A model generated the notes under the pieces. That model ran no database searches. It saw only the letters and a list, made by a program, of their open reading frames with translations, and was not told where the DNA came from. A stretch of 64,000 nt of DNA, taken from IMG/VR virus record IMGVR_UViG_3300044568_004476, positions 7,424 to 71,423 of that record, one strand, 5' to 3'. The translations under genes were made by a program, and so were the position numbers. The DNA is from a virus. Positions 1-9,821 of the stretch are shown here, piece by piece; the stretch's first letter is position 1, and each line of letters starts with the position of its first letter.

Positions 1-2
1 CC

Positions 3-242
3 AAAAAAATGGCTTATAAAGATCCTGAGGATAAAGAAGATTGCATGGCATTTGCTATGGAAGATCTTTGTAAATATTGGGACAGATTTAATCCAGAAAA
101 ATCTAATAACCCATTTGCTTACTTTACCCAAATAGCTAAGAATGGATTTGCAAAAGGTTGGAAAAAGTTACATCCACCAAAGAGTCCTAAGATGATACCA
201 TTCAGTTATATAACTGGCGACGATAACTCATATAACGTTTAA
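3..242 (+). CDS. gp55: Late-transcription sigma factor, T4 gp55-like (5'-truncated by window edge)
   Basis: Motif FNPEKSNNPFAYFTQIAKNGF matches the recalled gp55 signature NPFAYFTQI; frame is open back to the window start; sits next to gp4/gp2 homologs. Confidence 0.8.
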   Translation, partial: KKMAYKDPEDKEDCMAFAMEDLCKYWDRFNPEKSNNPFAYFTQIAKNGFAKGWKKLHPPKSPKMIPFSYITGDDNSYNV

Positions 243-253
243 TCCAAATCTTC

Positions 254-739
254 ATGACTGATATAAAGAAGGTAAAACCTAATGGCGATTATAGATCTGG
301 AAAATTTCAACCATCTAAGCCAGAAAAGTATATTGGAGATATCCACAATATAATATACAGATCTTCCTGGGAATCCCGTTTTTGTGTCTATTGTGATACT
401 AACGATTCTATATTAAAATGGAGTTCTGAACCAATTGCAATTAAGTATTTTAATCCTATGGATAAAAAAGATCATGATTATAATGTAGATTTCTATATAA
501 AGGTGCTTAAAGAATCTGGGGAGGAACAGGAATGGATTATTGAAATAAAGCCAGAAAGACAAACTCAAAAACCCATATACGAAGGAAGTATGACCCTTGC
601 TAAGTTAAAGTCATATAACCATAGCATGCAGGTATGGATAACCAATCAGGCAAAATTCAAAGCAGCAAAGGAGTGGGCAGAAAAAAGAGGATTTAGATTC
701 GGCGTGGTTGATGAAAAATTCTTATTCAAAAGTAAATGA
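254..739 (+). CDS. gp4: Head completion nuclease, T4 gp4 / TnsA-N-like
   Basis: GKFQPSKPEKYIGD..IIYRSSWE..F...CD....ILKWSSE...Y.VDF...IEIKP; PD-(D/E)xK gp4 pattern. Confidence 0.85.
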   Translation: MTDIKKVKPNGDYRSGKFQPSKPEKYIGDIHNIIYRSSWESRFCVYCDTNDSILKWSSEPIAIKYFNPMDKKDHDYNVDFYIKVLKESGEEQEWIIEIKPERQTQKPIYEGSMTLAKLKSYNHSMQVWITNQAKFKAAKEWAEKRGFRFGVVDEKFLFKSK

Positions 740-1341
740 CCTATTCAGAATTAGTATTAGAATATAAAAAAAAATTCAGTAGTGTTACAGATCTTGTAAA
801 AAATACTGACTATATATTTACCAAGAAGTATTTCAAAGATGGTGACTCTGAAAAGAAATTCTCGCCACCATTCATTCCTGGTGAAATATATTCTTTCCCC
901 TATCCAACTGATAGTAAAATCACGGACAAAAGAAAGTTTATTGATAGGAATCCCATAGTGTTATGCACAGATTCTTATAAGACAAAAGAAAATGGTGTTA
1001 TACTTTCAGGTATAGATCTAATAGTAACCCCACCTGAATATAGAATAAAAATCTTAGACAATATCTATAATAACTTCACTAGTATAATAGAAAAAAATCA
1101 GAATCATTACACAAAAGGTGGAGCAATAACCCCATTACCTTTAACAAAGGAGAACCTTAAAAAAATGCTTCTTGGTACAGGTTATGAGTCTGCAGTTTTT
1201 GGATTTAAGACATCATTCATCAGGGATCTTCACATTTTGGACCTTGACGATTGGTATAAATTGCCATATCTTAGAAAGTCCCAAGTAGATGGCTTAGATA
1301 TAGCGGGGATATATAATGAATATCAATCGAAATTAATTTAA
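736..1341 (+). CDS. gp2: DNA end-protector protein, T4 gp2-like
   Basis: PGEIYSFPY...FIDRNPIVL...GIDL...PPEYR resembles gp2; overlaps the gp4 stop (ATGA); gp4-gp2 synteny. Confidence 0.6.
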   Translation: MTYSELVLEYKKKFSSVTDLVKNTDYIFTKKYFKDGDSEKKFSPPFIPGEIYSFPYPTDSKITDKRKFIDRNPIVLCTDSYKTKENGVILSGIDLIVTPPEYRIKILDNIYNNFTSIIEKNQNHYTKGGAITPLPLTKENLKKMLLGTGYESAVFGFKTSFIRDLHILDLDDWYKLPYLRKSQVDGLDIAGIYNEYQSKLI

Positions 1342-1373
1342 GTTTCGTAACTAGAATAACTAAAATATACTAA

Positions 1374-2984
1374 ATGGCCGGTTTTGTAGATAATAATGAT
1401 CCATCCCAATCCCCTGTTATACAGAGGATTAGAGAATCTGTGAGAAAGCTAAGTACTTTTGGTATGAAGTATGATGACATGGTCATTAGAAATTCCCAAG
1501 CAGTTGGTGTAACCGAAGCTGCGTTCTTAAATAAGAATAAGGCTAATATAGAAGACGAAAGCATGCTTTGGACGTTAGCAAAGCAAGATATCACTACAAG
1601 ACAATTCATTTCTTACTTTGACAAGGACTATAAGGGAAAAAGAGATTATCTGAGAAAGTTTTCACTTAACCCAGAAATAGAATGGGTCCTTGATACGATA
1701 TGTGACGAGGCTATATCTTATGATCCTGCTAACTTTTTTGCATACCCAGACTTTATTGATATAACAAACATCAACGAGAAGCTTAAAGATGACTTATATG
1801 AGAATTACAAAAAGCTTTATGATATATGGGGATTCAGTGACGATATAACTGGCTGGCAATATTTCAGACAGTTTTTAGTTGATGGGTTTTTATGCTTTGA
1901 GATAATTTATGATAATGACGGTAAATATATTGTAGGATTTAAAGAATTGGATTCGGTTACTCTTGTTCCGTCTGTGGAGAAACAAATAGATGGCACCTTT
2001 ATTAATACTTGGACACAATTTCCGCAGGATCCTAAAAGAAGAAGAGTACTTTACGATCCGCAGATAATTTATATCTCATATGCTAAAGGAAATTCAATAT
2101 CTAGAGTAAGCTACATCGAGAGATTGATCAGACCTTATAATATTCTAAGAATTATTGAATACACTAGAATTATATGGTCAGTAATGAATTCGTCATTCAG
2201 ATTAAAAATGACAGTTCCTATTGGTACTAAATCACCTCAAAAAGGTATGCAAACATTAGGAGAACTAATGAGCATCTATAAGGAGGACATTCAGCTAAAT
2301 GATGATAGTGGAGAATTATTAGTAGACGGTAAACCTAAGATACAGTTCTATAAGAACTATCTAATGCCTTCCGGAGTTAATGGGACACCTACTATTGAAC
2401 CTGTCAATACTGAAGGTCCTAACCTGAATGACCCTGCTCCTCTATCGTATTTCTTTGATAAATTTGTACAAGAATCTAAAGTTCCGCCTTCGAGATTTCA
2501 TACCCCAGATGGAGGTAACACTTCCCCGTATTCTAACGGTGCAGAAGGATTAGACAAAGAGGAAATAAAATTTTCTAAATTTGTTGAAAGATTAAGATCA
2601 ATATTCCAGGAGATATTAACTAAGCCACTTTGGATTCAAATGGCTAAGAAATATACTCATTTGGAAAAAGACTTCATGTTTAAAAGTCAATTAGGGCTTG
2701 ACTATTTTTCTGATAATCCATTTAAGATCAATCAAGAAATGGACGTGATAAACAAAAGAAAAGAATCTGTTACTGCTATGTCTGGATTAGTTGGGGACGA
2801 AGAAAAACCATATTTCTCTACTGCATTTCTTATTGAAACATTCCTTGGTATGTCTAGACAAGATATCATTGCAAACAAGGAAGCCATGGAGAGAAAAGAG
2901 AAGGAAAAGAAAAAGGCGGAGAAGAAAGAAGGCGGAGAGAAGGGTGAAGAAGGGGAAGAAAAAGCACCAGAGGTAACATTATAA
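1374..2984 (+). CDS. gp20: Portal vertex protein, T4 gp20-like, copy 1
   Basis: PEIEWVLDTICDEAI, FRQFLVDG, SYIERLIRPYNILRIIE, SKVPPSRF, EEIKFSKFVERLRSIF are gp20 family motifs; 536 aa. Confidence 0.9.
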   Translation: MAGFVDNNDPSQSPVIQRIRESVRKLSTFGMKYDDMVIRNSQAVGVTEAAFLNKNKANIEDESMLWTLAKQDITTRQFISYFDKDYKGKRDYLRKFSLNPEIEWVLDTICDEAISYDPANFFAYPDFIDITNINEKLKDDLYENYKKLYDIWGFSDDITGWQYFRQFLVDGFLCFEIIYDNDGKYIVGFKELDSVTLVPSVEKQIDGTFINTWTQFPQDPKRRRVLYDPQIIYISYAKGNSISRVSYIERLIRPYNILRIIEYTRIIWSVMNSSFRLKMTVPIGTKSPQKGMQTLGELMSIYKEDIQLNDDSGELLVDGKPKIQFYKNYLMPSGVNGTPTIEPVNTEGPNLNDPAPLSYFFDKFVQESKVPPSRFHTPDGGNTSPYSNGAEGLDKEEIKFSKFVERLRSIFQEILTKPLWIQMAKKYTHLEKDFMFKSQLGLDYFSDNPFKINQEMDVINKRKESVTAMSGLVGDEEKPYFSTAFLIETFLGMSRQDIIANKEAMERKEKEKKKAEKKEGGEKGEEGEEKAPEVTL

Positions 2985-2993
2985 AAATAAGAA

Positions 2994-4607
2994 ATGGCAG
3001 GATTTTTAGATTTTTTAAGACCTAACGAGTCAGCTCTAGGCAACATAATAAGGAACCTCGGGAAGGTTTCCAAGTTTGGTATGCAGTATGACGATATGGT
3101 CGTTAGAAACTCTCAGGCTATAGGTAAAACTGAAGGAGCTTTCTCTCAGCAAGGAACTGGGTTTACTCAGGATGATGCTTTCTATTGGACAGCTTCCTAT
3201 CAGGATACTAAGGTAAGAAAATATATTGCTTATTTTGATAAGGATTATATAGAAAAAAGAAACTTCTTAAGAAAATTTTCACTAAATGGAGAAATTGAAT
3301 TTATACTTGATACTATTACAGACGAATCTATCACATACGACGATAGAAATTATTTTGCTAATCCTTCTTTCGTTAATCTAGATATTAAGGAAAAGGTAAA
3401 GGATAAGATAGCTGATCATTATAACAGGATTTATAATGTTTTTGGCTTTCAGAATTCCATACTAGGATGGCAGTATTTTAAACAATTCCTAATCGATGGA
3501 TTTCTTGCTTTTGAGATTATCTACGATAACAAGGGTAAGGAGATAATAGGGTTCAAAGAATTGGATGCTTCTTCACTTCAGCCAGCGGTTGAAAAAATTG
3601 GGGAAAACGAATATCAGCAATTCTGGATTCAATACCCTAAGAATCCGCAGATGACTAGAAAGCTTACAAATGAGCAGATCGTCTATATTTCTTATGCTAA
3701 AGGAAACAGCGTATCTAGGGTTAGCTATATCGAGAGATTAGTTAGATCGTATAACATACTTAGAATCATGGAAAATTCCAGGATAATCTGGAATGTTATG
3801 AATGCTTCATATAGACTTAAATTTATCATACCCACGGGAAGTCAATCTCCACAAAAGGCTATGCAAACTTTAGGACAGCTAATGTCAAACTATAAGGAAG
3901 ATATTGCAATTAATGACGCATCAGGGGAATTAACAGTTAATGGGAGGCCTAAGGTTCAGTTTTATAAAAACTACCTATTTCCTGAACAGAATGGGCAATC
4001 CCCTCAAATCGAGTCTCTTAATCCAAGCGGACCTGATTTCAACGTTATGGATAATGTTCTTTATTTCTATAACAAGCTTAAAATGGATTCAAAGATACCT
4101 TATGCTAGGTTTGCTTCTAGAGCTTCTGGACCTGTTAATTATCAGACAGGCATAGATCAATTGGAAAGAGATGAAATAAGATTTGAGAAATTCCTAAGAA
4201 GATTAAGGTCAATATTCCAGGAGATACTGGTAAAACCTTTATACATTCAGATGTGTTTAGATTTTCCTGAACTATCTAGAGATAGAAGCTTTAAAACAAA
4301 TCTTGGCTTAGATTTTCATAGGGAGAGCGAATTCGAAGAGATGGTTCAACTAACCAATTTTTCTAAAAGAAGTGAATTCATTAAAGGCCTAGGAGAGCTT
4401 AAGGTTAAAGCTGGTGAAGAGGAAAAAGCATATTTTGATAATGATTACCTTATACAAAGATATCTTGGATTAACTCCAGACCAATTAGCAGCTAACGAAT
4501 CTTACAAGAAAAAAGAGGCAAAAGAAGCTCCTAAAGCTGAAGGTGCTGAAGGTGAAGCTGCTCCAGCTGAAGGTGAGGAAGGGAAAGCACCAGAGGTAAC
4601 TTTATAA
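2994..4607 (+). CDS. gp20: Portal vertex protein, T4 gp20-like, copy 2
   Basis: Full-length paralog of the upstream ORF: EIEFILDTITDE, FKQFLIDG, SKIPYARF, RDEIRFEKFLRRLRSIF; 537 aa. Confidence 0.9.
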   Translation: MAGFLDFLRPNESALGNIIRNLGKVSKFGMQYDDMVVRNSQAIGKTEGAFSQQGTGFTQDDAFYWTASYQDTKVRKYIAYFDKDYIEKRNFLRKFSLNGEIEFILDTITDESITYDDRNYFANPSFVNLDIKEKVKDKIADHYNRIYNVFGFQNSILGWQYFKQFLIDGFLAFEIIYDNKGKEIIGFKELDASSLQPAVEKIGENEYQQFWIQYPKNPQMTRKLTNEQIVYISYAKGNSVSRVSYIERLVRSYNILRIMENSRIIWNVMNASYRLKFIIPTGSQSPQKAMQTLGQLMSNYKEDIAINDASGELTVNGRPKVQFYKNYLFPEQNGQSPQIESLNPSGPDFNVMDNVLYFYNKLKMDSKIPYARFASRASGPVNYQTGIDQLERDEIRFEKFLRRLRSIFQEILVKPLYIQMCLDFPELSRDRSFKTNLGLDFHRESEFEEMVQLTNFSKRSEFIKGLGELKVKAGEEEKAYFDNDYLIQRYLGLTPDQLAANESYKKKEAKEAPKAEGAEGEAAPAEGEEGKAPEVTL

Positions 4608-4803
4608 GTATTACATTAATACAGCTTATAGTCGCTTATAAGCGATCCTACCCACTATATCAGCATAACACCTTCAATATATTGTATGGATCAATACAGT
4701 ATGGTTAAAATGCGAAATATGGGATATTAAATATCCAGTGGCATTATAATAATTTCTTTTCCGAAAATACCTTGAATAATTTTTTTTAACCGTTATCATT
4801 TCA

Positions 4804-4811
4804 TATATTTG
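4804..4811 (+). promoter_or_regulatory. Bacteroidota-type -7 promoter box TAnnTTTG (TATATTTG) upstream of DNA ligase
   Basis: TATATTTG followed by TAAAAA, 17 nt before the ligase ATG; same arrangement at 11284. Confidence 0.55.
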
Positions 4812-4828
4812 TAAAAAATATACAATAT

Positions 4829-6175
4829 ATGAAATTTGACGAAACGGTAAACAACATTAAGATTCTAAAATTACTAGAATCACTAACAGGCGATGGCTCA
4901 CAAAAAGCAAAACAGTTATTAATTAGGGAGTCTATAAATCCCAAGATGGAATATATCCTGGATACGTGCTTCAATCCTTTTGTTACCACTAAGCTTCATA
5001 AGTTAAATTTTCTAGCCCAGAGTAAAGAGCATAATCCTAATTTATGGGAGGAGTTTAAAGATTTGGTTGAGGATTTAAAGAAAGCACCCGCTGCAAACGA
5101 TTCGCTAAGATCTAGAGCGGAAACATTATTATCTTCTAAATTATCAGAGGTTGAAAGCGAAGACGAAGAACTCCGCAAGACTCTTATGAAGATATTAACC
5201 AAGAGAATGAACATAGGGATTGGAGCAAAGCTAATTAATAAGGCACTTTCTAGAGAACTAATTCCGGATCCTTCCTTAATGCTAGCTACTGATGATCACT
5301 CAACAATCGATAAATGGGACAAAATTTATTGTGAGGAAAAATATGATGGAGTACGTGTTATCGCAGTATATAAAAATGGCGAGATAACATATTTTACCAG
5401 AGCATTCAATGAGCTTAATGCCTCTTGCTTTCCTAAGATAACTTTCGATTTAAAACTTTGTATGATAAACTCAGGCTTATCGGGTAATTGGTTTTTCGAT
5501 GGCGAATTAACGGACTTAAATAGAAAGTCAGTTAGTGGTAAGGTTACACAAATACTAAAGGGAACAGCCAGTGTTAATATAGAGAGCGGATTCCTATTTA
5601 ATGTTTTTGATTTCGACGAACTTGTAACCCTAGATAAAGGATCGGGTGTTTTAGAGTACATTGATAGAAGACACACTTTAGAAAAAATTACTAGTGGATT
5701 ATCGGATGACTCTCCAGTTAAGCTGGCTCAGATGTGGGAGCTTTCTGATCCTGGTGAAGTACCTGCAATTTATAAAAAGATCGTAGATCTTGGCGGTGAG
5801 GGTGTCATCTGTAAAGACAACGGTGCTTATGAATGCAAAAGATCCAAATCTTGGGTCAAGTTCAAAGAGGTTAATGAATGTGACCTTGAAATTACTGGAT
5901 GGTATCCAGGAGAAGGTAAAAGGGAAGGTTACATTGGAGGATTTATTATGACTGATGCTTCAAAGACACTTAATGTTAAGGTTGGATCTGGATTCACTGA
6001 TCTTGATTTACAATCTTTAAGTAAAGATCCAGATTCACACATTGGAAAAATCGCAGCAGTTTTATATAACGTCACTATTACAGATAAGCACGAGAATAGA
6101 TCTCTTTTCTTACCACGTTTTGTAGACATTAGACATGATAAAGATTCTGCAGATGATCTTTCTTCGAAATTTTAA
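4829..6175 (+). CDS. lig: ATP-dependent DNA ligase (T4 gp30-like)
   Basis: Motif I EEKYDGVR, FFDGEL, FNVFD, EGVICK, KRSKSWVKFK, VKVGSGF, SLFLPRF. Confidence 0.95.
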   Translation: MKFDETVNNIKILKLLESLTGDGSQKAKQLLIRESINPKMEYILDTCFNPFVTTKLHKLNFLAQSKEHNPNLWEEFKDLVEDLKKAPAANDSLRSRAETLLSSKLSEVESEDEELRKTLMKILTKRMNIGIGAKLINKALSRELIPDPSLMLATDDHSTIDKWDKIYCEEKYDGVRVIAVYKNGEITYFTRAFNELNASCFPKITFDLKLCMINSGLSGNWFFDGELTDLNRKSVSGKVTQILKGTASVNIESGFLFNVFDFDELVTLDKGSGVLEYIDRRHTLEKITSGLSDDSPVKLAQMWELSDPGEVPAIYKKIVDLGGEGVICKDNGAYECKRSKSWVKFKEVNECDLEITGWYPGEGKREGYIGGFIMTDASKTLNVKVGSGFTDLDLQSLSKDPDSHIGKIAAVLYNVTITDKHENRSLFLPRFVDIRHDKDSADDLSSKF

Positions 6176-6204
6176 GAAACAACTTCATTTTTTAACTATA
6201 GAAA
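6176..6204 (+). promoter_or_regulatory. GAAAC-N18-TAGAAA promoter-like motif upstream of clamp loader operon
   Basis: One of four G(A/G)AAC-N18-TA(C/G)AA elements at operon starts (6176, 10318, 25876, 31211). Confidence 0.55.
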
Positions 6205-6208
6205 CAAT

Positions 6209-7153
6209 ATGATACAAGAACTTTTAACAGAAAAGCTTAGACCAAAGGAGCTTAAACATATGATACTTCCGCATAGGATATCAAATCTTTTTACAAACGG
6301 TCTGGGCCATAATGTACTTTTAAGCGGACCTCCTGGATGTGGCAAAACAACTCTTGCCAAAATCTTAGCTAACGGCTATCCTAGTATATTTATAAATGTC
6401 TCCGACGAGAGCTCGGTAGAAACTATTAGAGTAAAAATAAATGACTTCTGTTCTACTATTTCAGTAATGGACGGAAAATCATCTAAGAAAATAGTTATTT
6501 TAGACGAGTTTGACGGAGCTTCCGACCAATTCTATAAAGCACTAAGGGGAACGGTAGAAAAGTTCGCTGGCAATGCTAGATTCATTGCTACGTGCAACTA
6601 TATTAATAAGGTTCCTGATGCTATTCAAAGCCGTTTCGAAATTATTGATTTCAACCCGGTAAATAGTAATGAGGAGGATGAATTAAAAGCAGAATGGAAT
6701 AAGAGAATAGGATTGATCCTTGGAAAAATCGGGATTGAAATAGATGCAGAATCTCTTGTTGAGTTTCAGAAGAATTATTACCCTGATTTTAGATCAGCTC
6801 TTAATAAGGTTCAAACCTGGATGATTGAAGGTATAAAGAAAGTAGATTCTGCAAAAATAAACGAGCTTGGCTGGTCATACGAGGATTTATATACCCTCAT
6901 AACAACATCAAAAGATCCGGTTAAGAATTATCAAAATATAGTAGGTGAATACCAGGGTAAGGTCGATGAAGTAATGTCTGCACTCGGTGAAGAGTTTATA
7001 AATTGGATAATTAACAATAAGCCTGAATTAAAGAAGATAATTCCTGCTGTCATCGTATTAGTTGCAGATCATCAAGCTCAAAGAACTCAAGTTATAGACC
7101 CTATGGTTTCCTTATTATCACTCGTGTTTCAAATACAGAAACTGACAGATTGA
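6209..7153 (+). CDS. gp44: Sliding clamp loader large subunit (T4 gp44 / RFC-like AAA+)
   Basis: EKLRP, Walker A GPPGCGKT, Walker B ILDEFD, ATCNY, IQSRF, PDFR. Confidence 0.93.
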   Translation: MIQELLTEKLRPKELKHMILPHRISNLFTNGLGHNVLLSGPPGCGKTTLAKILANGYPSIFINVSDESSVETIRVKINDFCSTISVMDGKSSKKIVILDEFDGASDQFYKALRGTVEKFAGNARFIATCNYINKVPDAIQSRFEIIDFNPVNSNEEDELKAEWNKRIGLILGKIGIEIDAESLVEFQKNYYPDFRSALNKVQTWMIEGIKKVDSAKINELGWSYEDLYTLITTSKDPVKNYQNIVGEYQGKVDEVMSALGEEFINWIINNKPELKKIIPAVIVLVADHQAQRTQVIDPMVSLLSLVFQIQKLTD

Positions 7154-7154
7154 T

Positions 7155-7682
7155 ATGAAAGATAGCTGGAGAAGAATAATAATTGCAGGAAAGGGAGGAT
7201 CAGGAAAGGATTATCTGGTTAGGTTACTTAAAGAGAAAGATCTAACCTATTCTGTTTCGCATACATCTAGACCACCAAGAGAAGGTGAATTCAATGGGGT
7301 AGATTATTACTTTATCACTTATGATGAGGCTATGAAAATGACTCAGAAGGGTGAATTTTACGAATGGGTTGAATTTAATAGCTGGTTCTACGGAACGTCT
7401 CTTGACGAATTCTATAGAGCTAATCTTTTTATAATGACACCTTCTGGAATAGCAAAGCTCAAACCCGAAGATAGGAAAGAGTCGCTTATAATGTTCATCG
7501 ATATTGACGAGCATATACTAAGGGAAAGACTAGCAGAAAGAAACGACGCAGATGAAGCAGAGAGAAGAATTGATGCAGACAGAGAAGATTTTAAAAACTT
7601 TTTTGATTTTGACTGTATAATAACAAACCCAAACTTCACGATAGATGAGGTATTAGAAAAAATAGGAAGAGGAAATGATTAA
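7155..7682 (+). CDS. gmk: Guanylate kinase
   Basis: GKGGSGKD P-loop; SHTSRPPREGEFNGVDYYF and WFYGT guanylate kinase signatures. Confidence 0.88.
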   Translation: MKDSWRRIIIAGKGGSGKDYLVRLLKEKDLTYSVSHTSRPPREGEFNGVDYYFITYDEAMKMTQKGEFYEWVEFNSWFYGTSLDEFYRANLFIMTPSGIAKLKPEDRKESLIMFIDIDEHILRERLAERNDADEAERRIDADREDFKNFFDFDCIITNPNFTIDEVLEKIGRGND

Positions 7683-8823
7683 TATACTTATAGACGGTAA
7701 CTACATATTCCATAAAACATTTGGAGTATTTGCAGGATATGGATCTAATATAGATCCAGGAAAAGTTCTGAAAAGCAAATCAGATCAATCTATGTTTATT
7801 AGAAAAATTGCTACTGATTTATGCTCATCACTGAAGATGCTACCTATAGGGGGAAGATTAGTTTTTGCATCAGATAGTAGAAGTTGGAGAAAGGACGTAG
7901 AAATCGAAGACGGCGGATATAAATCGGGAAGGGTAAAGGATGAAAATGTAGACTGGTCAATTTTCTTTGATCTCATGCACTCATTCGGAACTCATCTAGA
8001 AAAAATGGGATTTGTTTTTTCCAAGGTAGAGGGAGCAGAAGGAGACGATCTTCTTTTATACTGGTCAGAAAAATTCAATGATATAGGAGAAAGCTGTATT
8101 ATAATAAGCGGCGATAAGGATCTACATCAGCTTGCTAGAATGAAAGGCCCAGACATATGGACAGCTACTTGGAATAGTAATTCAAAAAAGAATGTTCTCT
8201 CAGTACCTAAAGGATGGAAAGAGAATTGGCTAAATGAAACTAAAAGCGAGGTCAGCATATTTAATATGGGCTCTACCATTTCACCAGAGAAAGAAAGATT
8301 AAAAGATTTCTTGAAGAAAGTTGATATAGAAGAGATAGACAGCTTTCCCTTCATATTTCATAAGATATTAATAGGAGACAAGGGCGATTCTGTACCTAGC
8401 GTATGGGAATTCGAAACCGCAGGAAAGATCTCTAGGTTTACACCAAAGAGTGCAGAGAAAATTTACGATCTTCTAATAGAATCAGAATGGAAAAATTTAT
8501 CGATAAAATCACTAGTTGGTGACGATGATTTTTTAAATTGGGTATCCCCATTAATTCTAAAAATATGCAAAGGAGTTGATAGCACAGAAAATAGAATAAA
8601 GGTAAAGAATAATTTCTTAAGAAATATCAAACTTATGTGGTTAGATAACACGGTAATACCTGAGAATGTTTCTTTCCTATGTAAAACAGAAACTACAAGA
8701 GGGATCAAGCTAGAAAAGAAATCAGTAACACTGGACAGAATAAAAATACTAGACGGAACCGAATGGATAGTTACCCCGGCTCAACCTAAGGGATTTGATC
8801 CTTTTGAAAATTTCTTAAAATAA
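7675..8823 (+). CDS. rnh: 5'-3' exonuclease / T4 RNase H (FEN family)
   Basis: ILIDGN, SWRK, YKSGR, EGDD, SGDKDLHQL, LIGDKGDSVP. Confidence 0.88.
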   Translation: MINILIDGNYIFHKTFGVFAGYGSNIDPGKVLKSKSDQSMFIRKIATDLCSSLKMLPIGGRLVFASDSRSWRKDVEIEDGGYKSGRVKDENVDWSIFFDLMHSFGTHLEKMGFVFSKVEGAEGDDLLLYWSEKFNDIGESCIIISGDKDLHQLARMKGPDIWTATWNSNSKKNVLSVPKGWKENWLNETKSEVSIFNMGSTISPEKERLKDFLKKVDIEEIDSFPFIFHKILIGDKGDSVPSVWEFETAGKISRFTPKSAEKIYDLLIESEWKNLSIKSLVGDDDFLNWVSPLILKICKGVDSTENRIKVKNNFLRNIKLMWLDNTVIPENVSFLCKTETTRGIKLEKKSVTLDRIKILDGTEWIVTPAQPKGFDPFENFLK

Positions 8824-8829
8824 TACACT

Positions 8830-9243
8830 ATGCAATTATTTGATATAATAAAACTTATTTTTAATAACAAACCGAATGAATGGAAAGCGGTTGGTAAAAT
8901 AGACAAGTCTAGAAACTTTTTTATGATCAACAGAATAATGGCTATACAATTTCCAGTTCAAGCAAATCAGTTTAATAAGCTGAAAGTCGTACCTGCTCCG
9001 GTGGTAGATTGGTGGCACGGAACTCTCTCAGCCAGATTTTCTAAACCACCAGTTTGGTTATATACAAAGACTAAGAAATCGGAAGGAATTAAAACAGAGG
9101 AGGTTAAAGCATCGGAATTAATAGAATCTTTCATAAGAGATAAATATAGGGTATCCAAAAGGGACATAGAAACTATTAAGAATTTTTATCCAGCTAAATA
9201 CGCTTCTTGGGTATCTGACATATCGGACCAGGCAGGGTTTTAA
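8830..9243 (+). CDS. Probable clamp loader small subunit (T4 gp62-like)
   Basis: FFMINR...ANQFN...W.Y.K.K...FI..KY.VSKR resembles gp62-family proteins; same operon as the gp44 homolog. Confidence 0.5.
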   Translation: MQLFDIIKLIFNNKPNEWKAVGKIDKSRNFFMINRIMAIQFPVQANQFNKLKVVPAPVVDWWHGTLSARFSKPPVWLYTKTKKSEGIKTEEVKASELIESFIRDKYRVSKRDIETIKNFYPAKYASWVSDISDQAGF

Positions 9244-9262
9244 AAATAGAAATATATAAGAA

Positions 9263-9817
9263 ATGAAGAAACCGAATAACAAACTAATCGACAAGGTTAT
9301 TTCCAGCTTAGATTGGGACTCTATTATTGAAGTTAATAAATGCTTTAAGATAGGGATAGGAGAGGGAACATCAGTAATACCTGGTATTAAAAGAAGGGTA
9401 TTTTCAGATACCCTAAATAAAAATGACATTAAATCTGAGCTTAAGATATTACTTAACTATGCTATTGATAATGATTTAGATGAGATTTTTTATGGACCAT
9501 GGATGATATTCTGGGTTAACGGTGAATGGCTAGAAGTAATGGGGGATGACTATGAAGAGGATAATGAACCTATTAGTGGTGACATAAAAGCTGGATTAAA
9601 TATAAGATTCGATTCTAGCTTGGAGGTTATTTATTCACCACAGAGAATTCATGTGATAGGTAATACCGGGAAAAAAGATTCAGAAAAGGATGAATCAGAT
9701 ATTAATAAACTGGAATCGATGCTTAAGAAAGCAATCGACACCGAGAATTTTGAATTGGCTACAAAAATAAAAGATCTTCTAGCGCTTCAAAATGGCGATG
9801 CCTCCGAAGATAAATAG
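9263..9817 (+). CDS. Hypothetical protein with C-terminal UVR (UvrB/UvrC) motif
   Basis: C-terminal INKLESMLKKAIDTENFELATKIKDLL fits the UVR consensus L...M..A...E.FE.A...RD. Confidence 0.7.
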   Translation: MKKPNNKLIDKVISSLDWDSIIEVNKCFKIGIGEGTSVIPGIKRRVFSDTLNKNDIKSELKILLNYAIDNDLDEIFYGPWMIFWVNGEWLEVMGDDYEEDNEPISGDIKAGLNIRFDSSLEVIYSPQRIHVIGNTGKKDSEKDESDINKLESMLKKAIDTENFELATKIKDLLALQNGDASEDK

Positions 9818-9821
9818 CATA

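Noticed and set aside
254-739. TnsA transposase / Tn7-like element
   Set aside because: The fold is shared with T4 gp4; context is gp55-gp4-gp2-portal with no tnsB/tnsC or transposon ends.
4608-4800. tRNA or hammerhead ribozyme in the intergenic gap
   Set aside because: No T-loop GTTCRA or cloverleaf, and no complete CUGANGA/GAAA core in the right arrangement on either strand.
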